Positions 28,344-39,699 of a stretch of DNA of 59,596 nucleotides are shown here, one piece after another (within the stretch, counting starts at the first letter, position 1; each line of letters opens with the position of its first letter). The DNA lies in NCBI GenBank assembly GCA_964520465.1, contig CAZFNA010000001.1, positions 76,597 through 136,192 on the forward strand, written 5' to 3'. Origin of the DNA: an uncultured Pseudomonadales bacterium. Lineage in GTDB: Bacteria > Pseudomonadota > Gammaproteobacteria > Pseudomonadales > Litorivicinaceae. The translations under genes were made by a program, and so were the position numbers. A model generated the notes under the pieces. It saw nothing but the letters and a program-made list of their open reading frames with translations. It was not told the origin of the DNA and did no database searches.

Positions 28344-31300
28344 GCAGTTTGAGAAAGTGGCTTAGTCATGTCGTCTGTTGGATCATCAAACGGCAATCCT
28401 GGTTTGAATCGTTTCATTAATATTGCCATCAGTGGTGGCACAAAAAAGAGTGCAAGCACTGTCGATAGCAGCAGACCACCAAACACAACAATTCCAATGC
28501 CACGGTACAATTCAGACCCAGCCCCTGGAAGCATAATCAGCGGCAATAAACCAAATAAACTCGTTAAAGTCGACATAAAAATCGGCCTAATCCGGTTGCT
28601 CGTGGCTTCAAGAATCGCATCCGCAGACTCCATGTGATCGAACTGAATATGCCAAAGCGTTTGCTCAACCATAAGAATTGCATTATTCACTACAACGCCT
28701 GTCAGAATAATAAAACCGAGCATGGTAAGCATATCCAATGGCTGATCCATAAATTGGTTCAGCAGTGAAAGCCCTAGAACACCTCCCGTCGCTGCAATCG
28801 GAACAGTGACCAAAATAACTAAAGGCAACGCGAAATTCTTGAGTAGTACAACCAATAACAAATAAATTACAGCAACAGCCAATATGGCATTGGTCTGCAT
28901 AGCACTCCAAGCTTTCGACAACGCGTCACCAGCACCCGACAACTCCAGCCGAACGCCACTTTTTGAATTAATATTGAACGGATCAACAATCTGCTCTTTC
29001 AACTGATTAATTGCTGTTTCCAATGGAATAGATTCGTTTAAACGAAGTTCGATAGTCACGGCACGCCGGCCCACTTTTCGTAATAACTGATTCGGCGCTG
29101 ACTCAATCGAGATATCGGCCACTTGTCCAATCTTAACCAGCGATCCATCCCTAGCGATCATCGGGATATCTGCAATATCCTCAATTCTCGCCGTCTCGCG
29201 GCTTTGTGTGGTTAAAACCAGCTCTACCAACTCACCACCCAATGGTATTTCTCGAACTAAAATACCATCATTATATACGTCTAATGTTTGAGCAAAATCA
29301 CGCGCAGAGACACCCGCCCGTGCAAGGGCTTCAGGATCTGGTCGCACAACAATTTCTGGACTGACAGCATTTTCTGATGGTCTCACCCGAACTTGGTGCC
29401 CATCTTTTCTAGGGAATAAGTTACTTATCTTACGTCTAATACTACGAAAGTCTGGCTCTATAGTATCGTAGTCAGGTCCTAGGACATCAATAAGAATCCC
29501 CCGAGATCCGCCAACTGAACGGCCGAATAAGGATGCCTGAGTAACAAATGCACGCGCGCCAGGAGCCTTTGCTACGGGCTCGGCCAAAACAGGAATCAAC
29601 TCTCTTATCCGACTAGCATCTTCGGTCGCAGCTCCAGCAAACGCTCCACTATTGAAGGCGACAAAAAAGAAACGATCAATATGTGGGAGTTTCTCAGGAT
29701 TAGGATTTTCCCAAAGAGGTCGCGCAACATCTTCCATAGACTGCGCAAAATCAAGCGTGGCCTCACGAGTGTAGCCAGGAGGGACTGAGATACGTCCAAA
29801 CACAAAGTTTCTGTTTCCGTCTGGCAAATAATCGAGAGGAGGCATCATGGCGATCAGTGTAGCTATTGATCCAGCTATTAAAGCGAAAACTACTAAAAGT
29901 CCTAGCGAACGCGATTTTACAACAAGTCGCCCATAAGCCAGAACAAGGCGCTTAAATCCGCCAGCAATAGAGTCGAGTAACGGAATAGAAAAAGTCTGCT
30001 CTGTAGTTTTTACATTTTTAATCAACCGAGAAGCAAGGGCAGGAATGACTGTGATTGAAACTAGTGCCGAAACCATAACAGATGCGCTGATTGCAACCGC
30101 TATATCACGAAAAAGTTGGCCAATTGGCAGGTCTAAAATTAAGATCGGAATAAAGACTACTACCGTTGTAAGAGCGGACCCGAGTATGGGAGCCCTTACC
30201 TGACGGGCACCCCAATAAGCTGCTTGCATCGAAGAGGCCCCGGATTGCCTAAGGCGATATATATTTTCCAAACTAACAATGGATGCATCAACTACCATGC
30301 CTACAGCAAAGGCGAGCCCTGCAAGAGAAATCACATTAATAGAGAGACCCAAAACTGCGATTGCTACAAAAGTACTAATTATCGAAACCGGAATCGCTAT
30401 CATCACAATTGCCGTGGGAATGAGAGCTCGAAGAAACGCAAGCAATACTGTGACTGCGAGAGCACCCCCGATCAGTATATTATTTTGCACTAAATCAAGT
30501 GCAGACCCAATATAATGTGTTTCGTCGTAGACAACCTGCAAATCAAGCTCTCGCTCATTCAACACGCCTCGATTCAAAGCCTCCACGCCCTTATTGAGAG
30601 CGTTTAGGGTAGTCACTACGTTGGAAGCTGGTTCTCTCAAAACGCTAAACGTAATTGCCGGCTTTCCATTCAGTCGTCGAAAGCTAGAGGGTGTTTTATA
30701 TCCGAGCTCCACATCCGCCACGTCTGATAGTTTCACGCTTGATGTCCTGCCATTCCTCATATCTGTTCTAATTACAAGATCTCTAGCAGTTTCTGGCGTG
30801 TAGCTGATGGCTTCAGTTCTCAAAACAAAGCTACGTTTGCCTTCGGTTATTTCACCAGCGGTGACCTCAGCGGATGAGGATCTAATCGCGTCAATAATCT
30901 CTTGAATTGACATGCCAAAGTCACCCAATTTCTCCATATCTAAGGAGATGCGAATTTCACGTTTCGCACCACCCCGAGAACTGATTTCCGCAACTCCAGG
31001 AATTCTACTTAATGGCTCAATAACAACTGATTCGACGAACTCACCCAGTGTATCGATATCAACTATATTCCCATCCTTTGCGACCATGGCAAGCCGAGCT
31101 ATCGGCGAATCTTCTGAGTTTGATGTCCTGATCTCGGGTTGCTTCGCGTCACTCGGAAGACCAGAGACCCTCGCGAGTTGGCCCAATAGTTTGACAAGGG
31201 CCTCGTCCATATCTTGTCCGACAGCATAGGTAAGAGAAACTCGGCCCGATCCGCGACGACTATTACTCGTAATAGTCTGAACGCCGGAAAGACCTGTGAG

Positions 31301-31513
31301 CTCTCTTTCCAAGCGCAGAACGACTTCCCGTTCTACGTCTTTAGGTGATGCTCCCGGCCAACTAACGCGAACCTGCAAAATCGGCTTTTCGATATCTGGA
31401 GTCATTTGAATGGGAATCGTTTGGAGCGACGCCACACCAAAAATAATCATCGAGAAAACAATAGCAAGAATCGCGATCGGATGTGATATCGCCCCCCGAA
31501 TCAAACCATTCAA
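28340..31513 (-). CDS. RND family efflux transporter permease (AcrB/AcrD/AcrF family)
   Basis: 1057 aa; WPGASPKDVEREV, INVISLAGLAFAVGMVVDASIVSLENI, RIRPIFMSTLTSLFGLLPL. Confidence 0.93.
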   Translation of the reverse strand: MNGLIRGAISHPIAILAIVFSMIIFGVASLQTIPIQMTPDIEKPILQVRVSWPGASPKDVEREVVLRLERELTGLSGVQTITSNSRRGSGRVSLTYAVGQDMDEALVKLLGQLARVSGLPSDAKQPEIRTSNSEDSPIARLAMVAKDGNIVDIDTLGEFVESVVIEPLSRIPGVAEISSRGGAKREIRISLDMEKLGDFGMSIQEIIDAIRSSSAEVTAGEITEGKRSFVLRTEAISYTPETARDLVIRTDMRNGRTSSVKLSDVADVELGYKTPSSFRRLNGKPAITFSVLREPASNVVTTLNALNKGVEALNRGVLNERELDLQVVYDETHYIGSALDLVQNNILIGGALAVTVLLAFLRALIPTAIVMIAIPVSIISTFVAIAVLGLSINVISLAGLAFAVGMVVDASIVSLENIYRLRQSGASSMQAAYWGARQVRAPILGSALTTVVVFIPILILDLPIGQLFRDIAVAISASVMVSALVSITVIPALASRLIKNVKTTEQTFSIPLLDSIAGGFKRLVLAYGRLVVKSRSLGLLVVFALIAGSIATLIAMMPPLDYLPDGNRNFVFGRISVPPGYTREATLDFAQSMEDVARPLWENPNPEKLPHIDRFFFVAFNSGAFAGAATEDASRIRELIPVLAEPVAKAPGARAFVTQASLFGRSVGGSRGILIDVLGPDYDTIEPDFRSIRRKISNLFPRKDGHQVRVRPSENAVSPEIVVRPDPEALARAGVSARDFAQTLDVYNDGILVREIPLGGELVELVLTTQSRETARIEDIADIPMIARDGSLVKIGQVADISIESAPNQLLRKVGRRAVTIELRLNESIPLETAINQLKEQIVDPFNINSKSGVRLELSGAGDALSKAWSAMQTNAILAVAVIYLLLVVLLKNFALPLVILVTVPIAATGGVLGLSLLNQFMDQPLDMLTMLGFIILTGVVVNNAILMVEQTLWHIQFDHMESADAILEATSNRIRPIFMSTLTSLFGLLPLIMLPGAGSELYRGIGIVVFGGLLLSTVLALFFVPPLMAILMKRFKPGLPFDDPTDDMTKPLSQTA

Positions 31514-32598
31514 GGCCTATCTCCGATAACGCTCACTTTTTGGCCTTTACGCAAGCCCTCTTGCCCTTGGGTTACTACCACTTCGTCTGGCTTAACGCCT
31601 TTTAACACGGCAATACGTTTCCCAACCCCTGCGCCTAGTTCGACCCGGCGGATCTCTACCTTGCCATCGACCACAACGGCTACACGATGACCTTTCTTCC
31701 CAGGTATAACCGCATCTTTTGCAATAGTGATTTGATCGAGCATCTTGCCAATCGGTAATTTCAACTCAATAGGCTCACCCAGAACCAATCTATTTGTCAG
31801 CTTGCTGATGAATTGCAACCGTATGATGCGCGATCCCGTTCTTTGATTTTGCTCAGCTAATAATGCGCGGACTTTGAGATCGTAGGCGTTTTTTCGTAAT
31901 TGACCGGACACTACCAGACCGACCTTTACAGTCTCATAGACCTCGGGTCGAACTTCAACTTCAACCTCTACTCCTAAATCAGGAAGTACACGAAACAATT
32001 GATCTCCAGCTCGAACGAACTGACCATCTGTAACACTGACTTCGATAATTCGCCCGGCCGTCTCTGCCTGGATGAGAGTGTGGCTTAAGCGACGCTCTAC
32101 ATCTATAAGTCTAATCTTGAGATCTTCTAATTCATAAGTCGTTTTCACAATGTCACTTTGGGTCTGAATAACGTTCAATTCAGCTTGTTCTGTCACATCA
32201 CGAGTAAGCAGATCTTTAATCGTCAGACTTTCAGCTCGCGCAAGTTGTTGTGCTCGCAACCTCATTTTTTTCTGTAGCAGAGATAAATGTGCGGTGAGAT
32301 ATTCTCTTTGAGCTTTCAAGCCTCTCAGTTGATTACGTATTTCAGTCCCATCGAGGCGAATAATCTCGTCACCTGCTTGAATTACATCACCAACTCGCAC
32401 CCTAATACTTTTTACCGACTCAGCAATCCGAGCGGATAAAGTATGTATCTCACCAGCAACGACCCTCCCCATAGCTATCGTGCCTGCTTGGACAGGCGAT
32501 TTCACTGCTCTATCAACAAATACTGGAGCTCCAACCGCCAGGACAAAGTGTGAGTGGAAGATAAAAAAAGTAATTAGTACATTACGCATAAATTTCAC
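31510..32598 (-). CDS. RND periplasmic adaptor (membrane fusion protein)
   Basis: Lipoyl half-motifs (VRVGDVIQAGD, VTDGQFVRAGD) flanking a coiled coil; directly upstream of the RND gene with overlap. Confidence 0.88.
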   Translation of the reverse strand: MKFMRNVLITFFIFHSHFVLAVGAPVFVDRAVKSPVQAGTIAMGRVVAGEIHTLSARIAESVKSIRVRVGDVIQAGDEIIRLDGTEIRNQLRGLKAQREYLTAHLSLLQKKMRLRAQQLARAESLTIKDLLTRDVTEQAELNVIQTQSDIVKTTYELEDLKIRLIDVERRLSHTLIQAETAGRIIEVSVTDGQFVRAGDQLFRVLPDLGVEVEVEVRPEVYETVKVGLVVSGQLRKNAYDLKVRALLAEQNQRTGSRIIRLQFISKLTNRLVLGEPIELKLPIGKMLDQITIAKDAVIPGKKGHRVAVVVDGKVEIRRVELGAGVGKRIAVLKGVKPDEVVVTQGQEGLRKGQKVSVIGDRP

Positions 32599-32682
32599 TT
32601 TCTGTAGTAATCTCTAGCTACGCTTTATGCGCTCAATTAGGCGCAAATAAAAGGAATTTTAAGAAAATATTTTGGAGGCTTC

Positions 32683-33123
32683 GTGCAATATCTTCATACA
32701 ATGGTTCGCGTGTCTGACTTAGATGCATCGCTTAATTTTTATTGTAGTGGCCTCGGACTTCAAGAAATAAGGCGCTCTGAGTATCAAAATGGTCGCTTTA
32801 CTCTTGTTTTTTTAGCAGCGCCTGAGGACTTGGGACGCGCAAAGGAAGACCGGGCGCCACTTATCGAATTAACCTACAACTGGGATCAAGAGGATTACGC
32901 CGGAGGGAGAAATTTTGGACATCTCGCATACAGAGTAGAGAATATCTATGATCTTTGTAAACATCTTCAGGCAGTGGGCATAACTATCAATAGACCGCCA
33001 CGTGATGGCCGCATGGCTTTCATAAGGAGTCCCGATGGAATATCAATAGAGCTCCTGCAGGAGGGCGAACCTCTGCCGCCTAGAACTCATTGGCAAAGTA
33101 TGCCCAATATTGGTAGTTGGTAG
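32683..33123 (+). CDS. gloA: Lactoylglutathione lyase (glyoxalase I, VOC family)
   Basis: [43 protein letters not shown]. Confidence 0.88.
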   Translation: MQYLHTMVRVSDLDASLNFYCSGLGLQEIRRSEYQNGRFTLVFLAAPEDLGRAKEDRAPLIELTYNWDQEDYAGGRNFGHLAYRVENIYDLCKHLQAVGITINRPPRDGRMAFIRSPDGISIELLQEGEPLPPRTHWQSMPNIGSW

Positions 33124-33174
33124 ACTCATAAAAGGATATCCTGACACCACGTTTATAAAAGGAACTTTCTACAC

Positions 33175-33948
33175 ATGAAAAATACTATCATTTTGGGAGC
33201 GCTAGTCGCTGCAGTTGTAATCGGTTTCGTTTTTACTCAAAAGGAAGATGCTAGTCCAGTATCCAAGGGCATTCCTGATCCATTACGCATCGGAACAGAA
33301 GGGGCATACCCTCCATTTAACGGCGTTGATGCTAACGGCAATTTAGTCGGCTTTGATGTCGACATCGCGATGGCTCTTTGCGAGGAAATGAAAGCGAATT
33401 GCGAACTTGTTGCCCAAGACTGGGACGGGATTATTCCAGCATTGGTGGCCAATAAATATGATGTGATTGTCGCATCCATGTCGATAACAGATGAAAGGAA
33501 GCAAACAATAGACTTTACAAACAAGTACTACTCGAACTACCTCGCAGTCATTGGTGCTAAGGGAAAGACATCTGGCCCAGATGATCTAGCTAAAAAAATA
33601 GTAGGTGCACAACGGTCAACAATTGCTTCTCAGTGGGCCGAAGATAATTTGGCAAGTCAATCAGATGTCAAACTCTATGACACTCAGACCGCAGCTTACG
33701 CGGATCTCACATCGGGTCGCTTAGACGCTATGGTTTCGGACATCTATCCAGCAATGGATTGGTTGAAAGATAATGCTAGCTATGAGCTAGCAGGCGAAAA
33801 AATCGACATTAACGATCAAATTGGGATTGGTATCCGTCAAGGTGAAGAAGATTTAAAAACCGCTTTGAACAGCGCCATCGAGACCATTCGGAATAACGGC
33901 AAATACGCAGAGATAAATGCAAAGTACTTTGCGACTGACATCTACTAA
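33175..33948 (+). CDS. Polar amino acid ABC transporter substrate-binding protein (HisJ/ArgT-like)
   Basis: GTEGAYPPFN, GFDVDIA, QDWDGIIPAL, SMSITDERK. Confidence 0.92.
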   Translation: MKNTIILGALVAAVVIGFVFTQKEDASPVSKGIPDPLRIGTEGAYPPFNGVDANGNLVGFDVDIAMALCEEMKANCELVAQDWDGIIPALVANKYDVIVASMSITDERKQTIDFTNKYYSNYLAVIGAKGKTSGPDDLAKKIVGAQRSTIASQWAEDNLASQSDVKLYDTQTAAYADLTSGRLDAMVSDIYPAMDWLKDNASYELAGEKIDINDQIGIGIRQGEEDLKTALNSAIETIRNNGKYAEINAKYFATDIY

Positions 33949-33956
33949 AGTGAACT

Positions 33957-33980
33957 AGCGGGAGCACTGCTCCCGCTTTT
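33957..33980 (+). terminator. Intercistronic GC-rich hairpin with short U-tract
   Basis: AGCGGGAGC-ACT-GCTCCCGCT followed by TTT, between the SBP stop and the permease start. Confidence 0.6.
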
Positions 33981-33982
33981 AA

Positions 33983-34690
33983 ATGGAAATAGTATCAAAG
34001 CTGTCATTCGGTCCGAACGGCTGGGGGGATGAGTTACTTCTTGGTGCCGTGATGACACTATTGCTTGCTGTTGCATCTGTTATTATCGGTCTTATCATTG
34101 GTGGACATCTCGCATTCTTAAAGATTCAACCAATTAGAGTATTTCGCGCCTTAGCTCATGGCATCACATTATTTTTTCGTGGCACGCCTGAATTTCTTAT
34201 AATCCTAGTCGTTTTTTTCGGCTTTGATATTTTTATCAATACTATGCTAGCTACGTTCAACCTGGATCTTAAGGTCTCAACACCAAAAATATGGGCAGGT
34301 GCCTTAGGTCTAGGACTCATTTTTGGCGTCTACGCGTCGGAGGTTTTCAAAGGGGCTTACTACGCGGTACCGGATGGGCTCATCGAAGCCTCCAGAGCGC
34401 TTGGGCTCAAGCAGTCACACACTTTACTTAAAGTCCACATTCCACTGATGTGGCGCCACGCGCTCCCAGGTCTTATGAATCTTTGGTTAGTATTGCTTAA
34501 AGATACATCCTTAGTCGCAGTAATTGCCTTTGACGAGCTACTAAGGACAGCAAAGGTTGCCGGTGAAACAGAGCGAGAACCGTTCGTTTTCTTTTTTGCT
34601 GCAGCAGCTCTTTATCTTGCCATGACTTGGGTCAGTGAAAAAGGTCGCCGTCACATTGAATCTCGGGTTTCATTGGTAGGCATAAATTGA
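33983..34690 (+). CDS. Polar amino acid ABC transporter permease (HisQ-like)
   Basis: FRGTPE, EAA loop IEASRALGL, WLVLLKDTSLV. Confidence 0.9.
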   Translation: MEIVSKLSFGPNGWGDELLLGAVMTLLLAVASVIIGLIIGGHLAFLKIQPIRVFRALAHGITLFFRGTPEFLIILVVFFGFDIFINTMLATFNLDLKVSTPKIWAGALGLGLIFGVYASEVFKGAYYAVPDGLIEASRALGLKQSHTLLKVHIPLMWRHALPGLMNLWLVLLKDTSLVAVIAFDELLRTAKVAGETEREPFVFFFAAAALYLAMTWVSEKGRRHIESRVSLVGIN

Positions 34691-35487
34691 TTCTCGAGGC
34701 AACACTAGAATCCGTTTATGCATGGTTTAAAAACTGGCATTTCGGCGCGGGAAAGTTCATATGCAATCCATTTGAACCCATGCTACCAATCTCTATTGCG
34801 CCGCACTGCTCCCGCTTTGTCGATGGTTTTTTCACGACCTTTGAGCTTGTCACTTTGGCGTTAATTTTTGCTTTCTTGTTGGCTCGTATCCTTGCGCAGA
34901 TGCTAACGCTCGGTCCGAGTTGGATACGCCGTCCGATCTCAATCTATGTCTATAGCTTCCAAGGCACGCCGATCCTGATTCAGTTATGGCTGACGTATTA
35001 CGGGCTAGCTCAATTTGAGGCGGTCAGAAATTCAATGGCTTGGATCGTTCTTAATAGCGGCTGGTGGGTGGGCTTGTTTGTTTTAATCTTAAATTCAGCC
35101 GCATACCAAACCAACATAATAATAGGCGCAATAAAGAATTTACCCTCTGGTCAATTGGAGGGCGGTCAATCTGTCGGATTAAGTAAGAAACATATATTTC
35201 GTCTTATACTGGGTCCCCAGGCTCTCAGGGCTTCTTGGCCTGCGCTTGCTAATGAAGGCATATTATTACTCAAGGCCAGCGCATTAGTGAGTACTATTAC
35301 TGTACTCGACTTAATGGGACATGCCCGCACAGTATTCTCTAGAAGTTATGATCTTTGGGTCTACGGAAGTGCAGCATTTTTATACATCGTATTGACAGCA
35401 GTTATGACCCTTATCGCTTTTTTGATTCGACGCTACTGTTTTACCAGCATCCCCTCTGACCCCTGGTTCAAAGAGTTCATCCGATAA
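34687..35487 (+). CDS. Polar amino acid ABC transporter permease (HisM-like)
   Basis: FQGTPILIQL, LNSAAY, NEGILLLKASALVSTITVLDL. Confidence 0.9.
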   Translation: MILEATLESVYAWFKNWHFGAGKFICNPFEPMLPISIAPHCSRFVDGFFTTFELVTLALIFAFLLARILAQMLTLGPSWIRRPISIYVYSFQGTPILIQLWLTYYGLAQFEAVRNSMAWIVLNSGWWVGLFVLILNSAAYQTNIIIGAIKNLPSGQLEGGQSVGLSKKHIFRLILGPQALRASWPALANEGILLLKASALVSTITVLDLMGHARTVFSRSYDLWVYGSAAFLYIVLTAVMTLIAFLIRRYCFTSIPSDPWFKEFIR

Positions 35488-35492
35488 CTAAG

Positions 35493-36059
35493 TTAGTTAC
35501 GATAAGCCGCCTTAGCTTCGTCCTCATCAACTTCAAGTACCCCCCCTTGCGCTGCATCACGCTCATGCTGAACAATATCGCGCGCATCCCAAGGGTAATC
35601 AACCCAAACGTCTTCAATATTCTTGCCCACAAATACATGATTCACACAATCAGGAAACTCAGCCTTTTTTGTTTTTAGCTTATTGTGCATAACAAAAACA
35701 CCAATTTCCGCAGGTCTTTCAGTTAACAGTTCTTCAATCGCAAATGCTAAAGTAGTTCGCTCATCATCTACCTCATCTACTAGCAATACCCGCTTTCCGT
35801 AAATCATATTGTTTACGCCCTCGACCCACTGCAATTTATAGGGAATATCCGATGGCGGCTCATCCGGGTGATAACGTACTAATGAAATCGCAATTAATGG
35901 CTTATCCACATAGGTACGGAGGATTCGTGCTGGTATAAATCCCCCTCCACCAATCGCCAAAATAACATCAAACTGAAAATCGCTTGCAATGATTTTTGCT
36001 ACACCTTTAGCGATCGTCTGATGAAGATCAGAGTAGGAGAAACGAAGTCGAGTACTCAT
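35493..36059 (-). CDS. Purine phosphoribosyltransferase (yeast Hpt1/Xpt1-like type I PRTase)
   Basis: AIGGGGFIPARILRT, PRPP loop VLLVDEVDDERTTL, WVDYPWD. ATG 36059 preferred (ORF track start 36134). Confidence 0.85.
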   Translation of the reverse strand: MSTRLRFSYSDLHQTIAKGVAKIIASDFQFDVILAIGGGGFIPARILRTYVDKPLIAISLVRYHPDEPPSDIPYKLQWVEGVNNMIYGKRVLLVDEVDDERTTLAFAIEELLTERPAEIGVFVMHNKLKTKKAEFPDCVNHVFVGKNIEDVWVDYPWDARDIVQHERDAAQGGVLEVDEDEAKAAYRN

Positions 36060-36494
36060 GGTTACATTTCCAAAAAAAACATGATTTATATTTAAGGTAT
36101 TGTCGGTCTGGTCTACACGAAAAAAACCCTGCATTACTTAAATCTTTGAGAAATCTCGTCGCAGCAATTCGCCAATTAGGTCAAGACAACTTGATATGCG
36201 ATGTAGTTTAGCTGAATCGGCTTGAATTTATTTACTAACCATAGGGTATCAGCTAATTTAACTGTCAAGGACTCCTTCTTAACCTCCCCATTTGATATAC
36301 GAACTGATCGAATATCTTTTCAATAAAAGAATTACTTCTACACCAAAAATTCAAAATAATTTCCCCAAAAATCAGTCTGTACCGGGAAATCAATGTCATT
36401 AAATGGATCAGGGCTATTTACCCCCCTTTCGTTGACCAAGAAGTGCGTTACACTAGAAACAAACGACTTCAACACAAATTTGGAAATCATTTCT

Positions 36495-38768
36495 ATGTCG
36501 AAAGAGCTTCGCGAAGCAGCACTCCGCTATCACCGTGCAGAACCTGCTGGAAAATTAGAGATTACGCCTACTAAACCCTTAGCAACTCAACGAGATCTAG
36601 CCCTTGCGTACAGTCCAGGTGTCGCCTATGCCTGTACCGAAATTGCCGAAGATCCCAGTAAGGCAGCAGAGCTGACAGCACGGGGCAACATGGTCGCCGT
36701 AATTACTAACGGGACAGCTGTTTTAGGCCTGGGCGCAATTGGACCCCTCGCCGCCAAACCTGTAATGGAAGGCAAGGCTGTTCTTTTTAAAAAGTTTGCC
36801 AACATCAACTCCATTGACATTGAAGTGGACACGACAGATGTAGATCGATTCTGCGATGTTGTCTCGGCACTTGAACCTTCTTTTGGCGGAATCAACCTCG
36901 AAGACATCAAAGCACCAGAGTGTTTTGAAATAGAATCGCGGCTAAGGGAACAAATGAAAATCCCAGTTTTCCATGATGATCAACATGGGACAGCTATTGT
37001 CGTAGGCGCCGGCATGCTCAACGCGATGCGTCTTCTTGGCAAGGATATGGGCGACATTAAGCTTGTGTGCTCGGGCGCTGGTGCAGCTGCAATGGCATGC
37101 CTGAATATGCTGAAGACCCTTGGAGTGAAAGCAGAGAACATAACAGTTTGCGATAAGCACGGTGTGCTCCGCAAAAATCGAGAAGCCCCGATGGATAAAT
37201 ACAAAGAGCTCTATGCTCGCGAAACCGATTTATCTACACTGAGAGATGCGCTTGTCGATGCAGATGCTTTTCTCGGGCTATCAGCCCCAGGAGTTATCGA
37301 CCAAGACGATATTCAAAATATGGCTGACCGCCCGGTTATCTTTGCCTTGGCTAATCCAACCCCCGAGATAATGCCTGAACTCGTTAAACAAGTACGCCCC
37401 GACGCTTTGATCGCCACAGGGAGGTCGGATTATCCGAATCAAATAAACAATGTACTGTGCTTTCCATTCTTGTTCCGTGGCGCATTAGACTGCGGTGCAA
37501 CCGTTATTAATGAAGAAATGAAAGCGGCATGCGCTGAAGCTATTGCCTCTATGGTTCATACACCTCCATCCGATGAAGTCTTGAGCACATATAAGGGTGA
37601 ACAACTAACATTTGGTGCTGAATATCTGATCCCGAAACCCTTCGATCCACGTCTAATCATGGAAATACCACCTGGAGTAGCAAGAGCTGCTCATACTTCT
37701 GGAGTTGCCTTACGACCAATTCAAGATATGGAAGCCTATCGGGAAGATTTAAGCCGCTTTGTGTTTCGATCAGGAATGTTGATGAAGCCAATGTTTGAAG
37801 CAGCTAAATCCATCAAGCGTCGGTTGGTATTAGCTGAGGGCGAAGGCGGGAAAATGCTGCAAGCTTGTCAGTTGATAGTATCCGAGAATCTTGCGCATGT
37901 GACATTAGTGGGCCGGCCGCACGTAATTGAAGATAAAATTAAGTCTATGGGCTTGTCGATTCAGGCGGGTAAAGATTTCGAGATAGTTGATAATCTGAAT
38001 GATGACATCATTACTTCGATCGGCGAGGAATATCATGAACTAATGTCTCGGAAGGGTATTACACCGAAAGCAGCCCAAACGCGAGTGCGCGCCAATTCAA
38101 CCATAGTCGCATCAATGTTGCTTCGTCGAGGTGACGCCCATGCCATGCTTTGTGGCACATATGGAACTTACGGAGAACATTTGCAATTAGCTGATGAAAT
38201 CCTTGGTCGCAAAGATGGATCACCCGTTGTGGGAGCTTTGACTGTATTGATTTTACCTCAAGGGACAATTTTCTTGACGGACACTCATGTGAATGTGGAT
38301 CCCACGGCTGAACAATTGTGCGGACTGGCGAAGTTAGCCGCTGATGAAATCCGCCGATTTGGTATCCAGCCAAAAGCTGCATTCTTATCACACTCAAACT
38401 TTGGATCAGTCAGTACACCCTCCGCCACAAAGGTTCGAGAAGCTACTGCCATGTTTTTGGATCGATATCCAGATATTGAAGCAGATGGCGAAATGCATGC
38501 AGATGCTGCCTTAGATGAGAAAATCCGAACGGATCTACTGCCCGGTAACAAACTGACTGGTTCAGCTAATTTACTGGTGTGTCCAAATCTTGATTCAGCA
38601 AATATCGCCAGAAATTTGCTGAAAGTGTTAGGTAATGGTGTAACTGTCGGGCCCGTATTACTTGGGTTGAACAAAGAAGCTCACGTTGCGACTGCCTCTA
38701 ACTCACCAAGAGGGATTTTCAATATGGCCGCGGTGGCATTGGCTAATGTGAACCGAAACGAAGATTAA
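36495..38768 (+). CDS. maeB: NADP-dependent malic enzyme with C-terminal PTA-like domain
   Basis: [59 protein letters not shown] 36495 (ORF track start 36393). Confidence 0.95.
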   Translation: MSKELREAALRYHRAEPAGKLEITPTKPLATQRDLALAYSPGVAYACTEIAEDPSKAAELTARGNMVAVITNGTAVLGLGAIGPLAAKPVMEGKAVLFKKFANINSIDIEVDTTDVDRFCDVVSALEPSFGGINLEDIKAPECFEIESRLREQMKIPVFHDDQHGTAIVVGAGMLNAMRLLGKDMGDIKLVCSGAGAAAMACLNMLKTLGVKAENITVCDKHGVLRKNREAPMDKYKELYARETDLSTLRDALVDADAFLGLSAPGVIDQDDIQNMADRPVIFALANPTPEIMPELVKQVRPDALIATGRSDYPNQINNVLCFPFLFRGALDCGATVINEEMKAACAEAIASMVHTPPSDEVLSTYKGEQLTFGAEYLIPKPFDPRLIMEIPPGVARAAHTSGVALRPIQDMEAYREDLSRFVFRSGMLMKPMFEAAKSIKRRLVLAEGEGGKMLQACQLIVSENLAHVTLVGRPHVIEDKIKSMGLSIQAGKDFEIVDNLNDDIITSIGEEYHELMSRKGITPKAAQTRVRANSTIVASMLLRRGDAHAMLCGTYGTYGEHLQLADEILGRKDGSPVVGALTVLILPQGTIFLTDTHVNVDPTAEQLCGLAKLAADEIRRFGIQPKAAFLSHSNFGSVSTPSATKVREATAMFLDRYPDIEADGEMHADAALDEKIRTDLLPGNKLTGSANLLVCPNLDSANIARNLLKVLGNGVTVGPVLLGLNKEAHVATASNSPRGIFNMAAVALANVNRNED

Positions 38769-38811
38769 TGGTTGCCTTTGGAGGATAAGCCCGAGCAAAT
38801 CGTTCGGACTT

Positions 38812-39699
38812 CTACGCGAGTTCATCAACCAAAAAATCGATCAATACTCTGGTTTTCAGCGGCAAATGGCGGCCATGGGGGAAAACTGCATAAATTTTTC
38901 GCTCTGGGTATAAACGATATAATGGCAACACTTCCCGTAGCGAACCTTTATCAAGCTCAGTCTTAACCATAAATTTTGGAAGCATTATTAGCCCTTGTCC
39001 AGCCCGAGCAAAGGACACCATCATCTGATCATTATTGGTTGATAATCTTCCTTGCGTATTTATCTGAATAGGCTCTTCATTCCCTTTTTGTAGTTTCAGT
39101 CTTTGCACTACTCGCTCAGATGCATAGTGTACAAATGGAATTTTTGCGAGCTCGTCTGCCGACTGAGGAGTGCCATACTGAGCTAAGAAGATTGGGGCTC
39201 CGACCAATATCATAGGCACATCGGCGAGTCGTCTGGCAATCAGCGAGGAATCTTCTAAGTGACCAATGCGAATCGCGAGATCGAATCCCTCTCCAACCAA
39301 ATCCACAAATCGATCTGATAATTCAACATGGAGATTAATATCTGGATGATGCGAGACGAAAGATGTTAACGGCTCTTTCAACAAGCGCTGCGCCAATGCA
39401 AGCGGCGCTGATAGTCGAAGTGAGCCCATCGGCTTTGCTTTGCGCCCTGCTAACATCTCGCCAACTTCTTCGATACCTTCAACAAGCGGAGCAGAACGTT
39501 CAAATAAAAATGAACCCTCATCGGTAAGGCTCAATTGGCGAGTAGTGCGATGAAATAATCGGACGCCAAGATCATTCTCTAATCGCTGTACTTGTTTGCT
39601 AACGGCTGAACCCGTCATTCCTAAACGCCGCGCAGCTTCTGCGAAACTTCCATGGCGAGCTACAGCAACAAAAATTGGAACTCGAGATAATCGATCCAT
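38812..39699 (-). CDS. LysR family transcriptional regulator (CrgA/DmlR-like)
   Basis: FVAVARHGSFAEAARRLG..SAVSKQV..LE..LGVRLFHRTTR, DLVGEGFDLAIRIG. Confidence 0.93.
   Translation of the reverse strand: MDRLSRVPIFVAVARHGSFAEAARRLGMTGSAVSKQVQRLENDLGVRLFHRTTRQLSLTDEGSFLFERSAPLVEGIEEVGEMLAGRKAKPMGSLRLSAPLALAQRLLKEPLTSFVSHHPDINLHVELSDRFVDLVGEGFDLAIRIGHLEDSSLIARRLADVPMILVGAPIFLAQYGTPQSADELAKIPFVHYASERVVQRLKLQKGNEEPIQINTQGRLSTNNDQMMVSFARAGQGLIMLPKFMVKTELDKGSLREVLPLYRLYPERKIYAVFPHGRHLPLKTRVLIDFLVDELA

Noticed and set aside
28340-31513. RND proton-relay variants (VDAS, VVNNAIL) and no adjacent TolC
   Set aside because: Such variants and unlinked outer-membrane factors are common in RND families.
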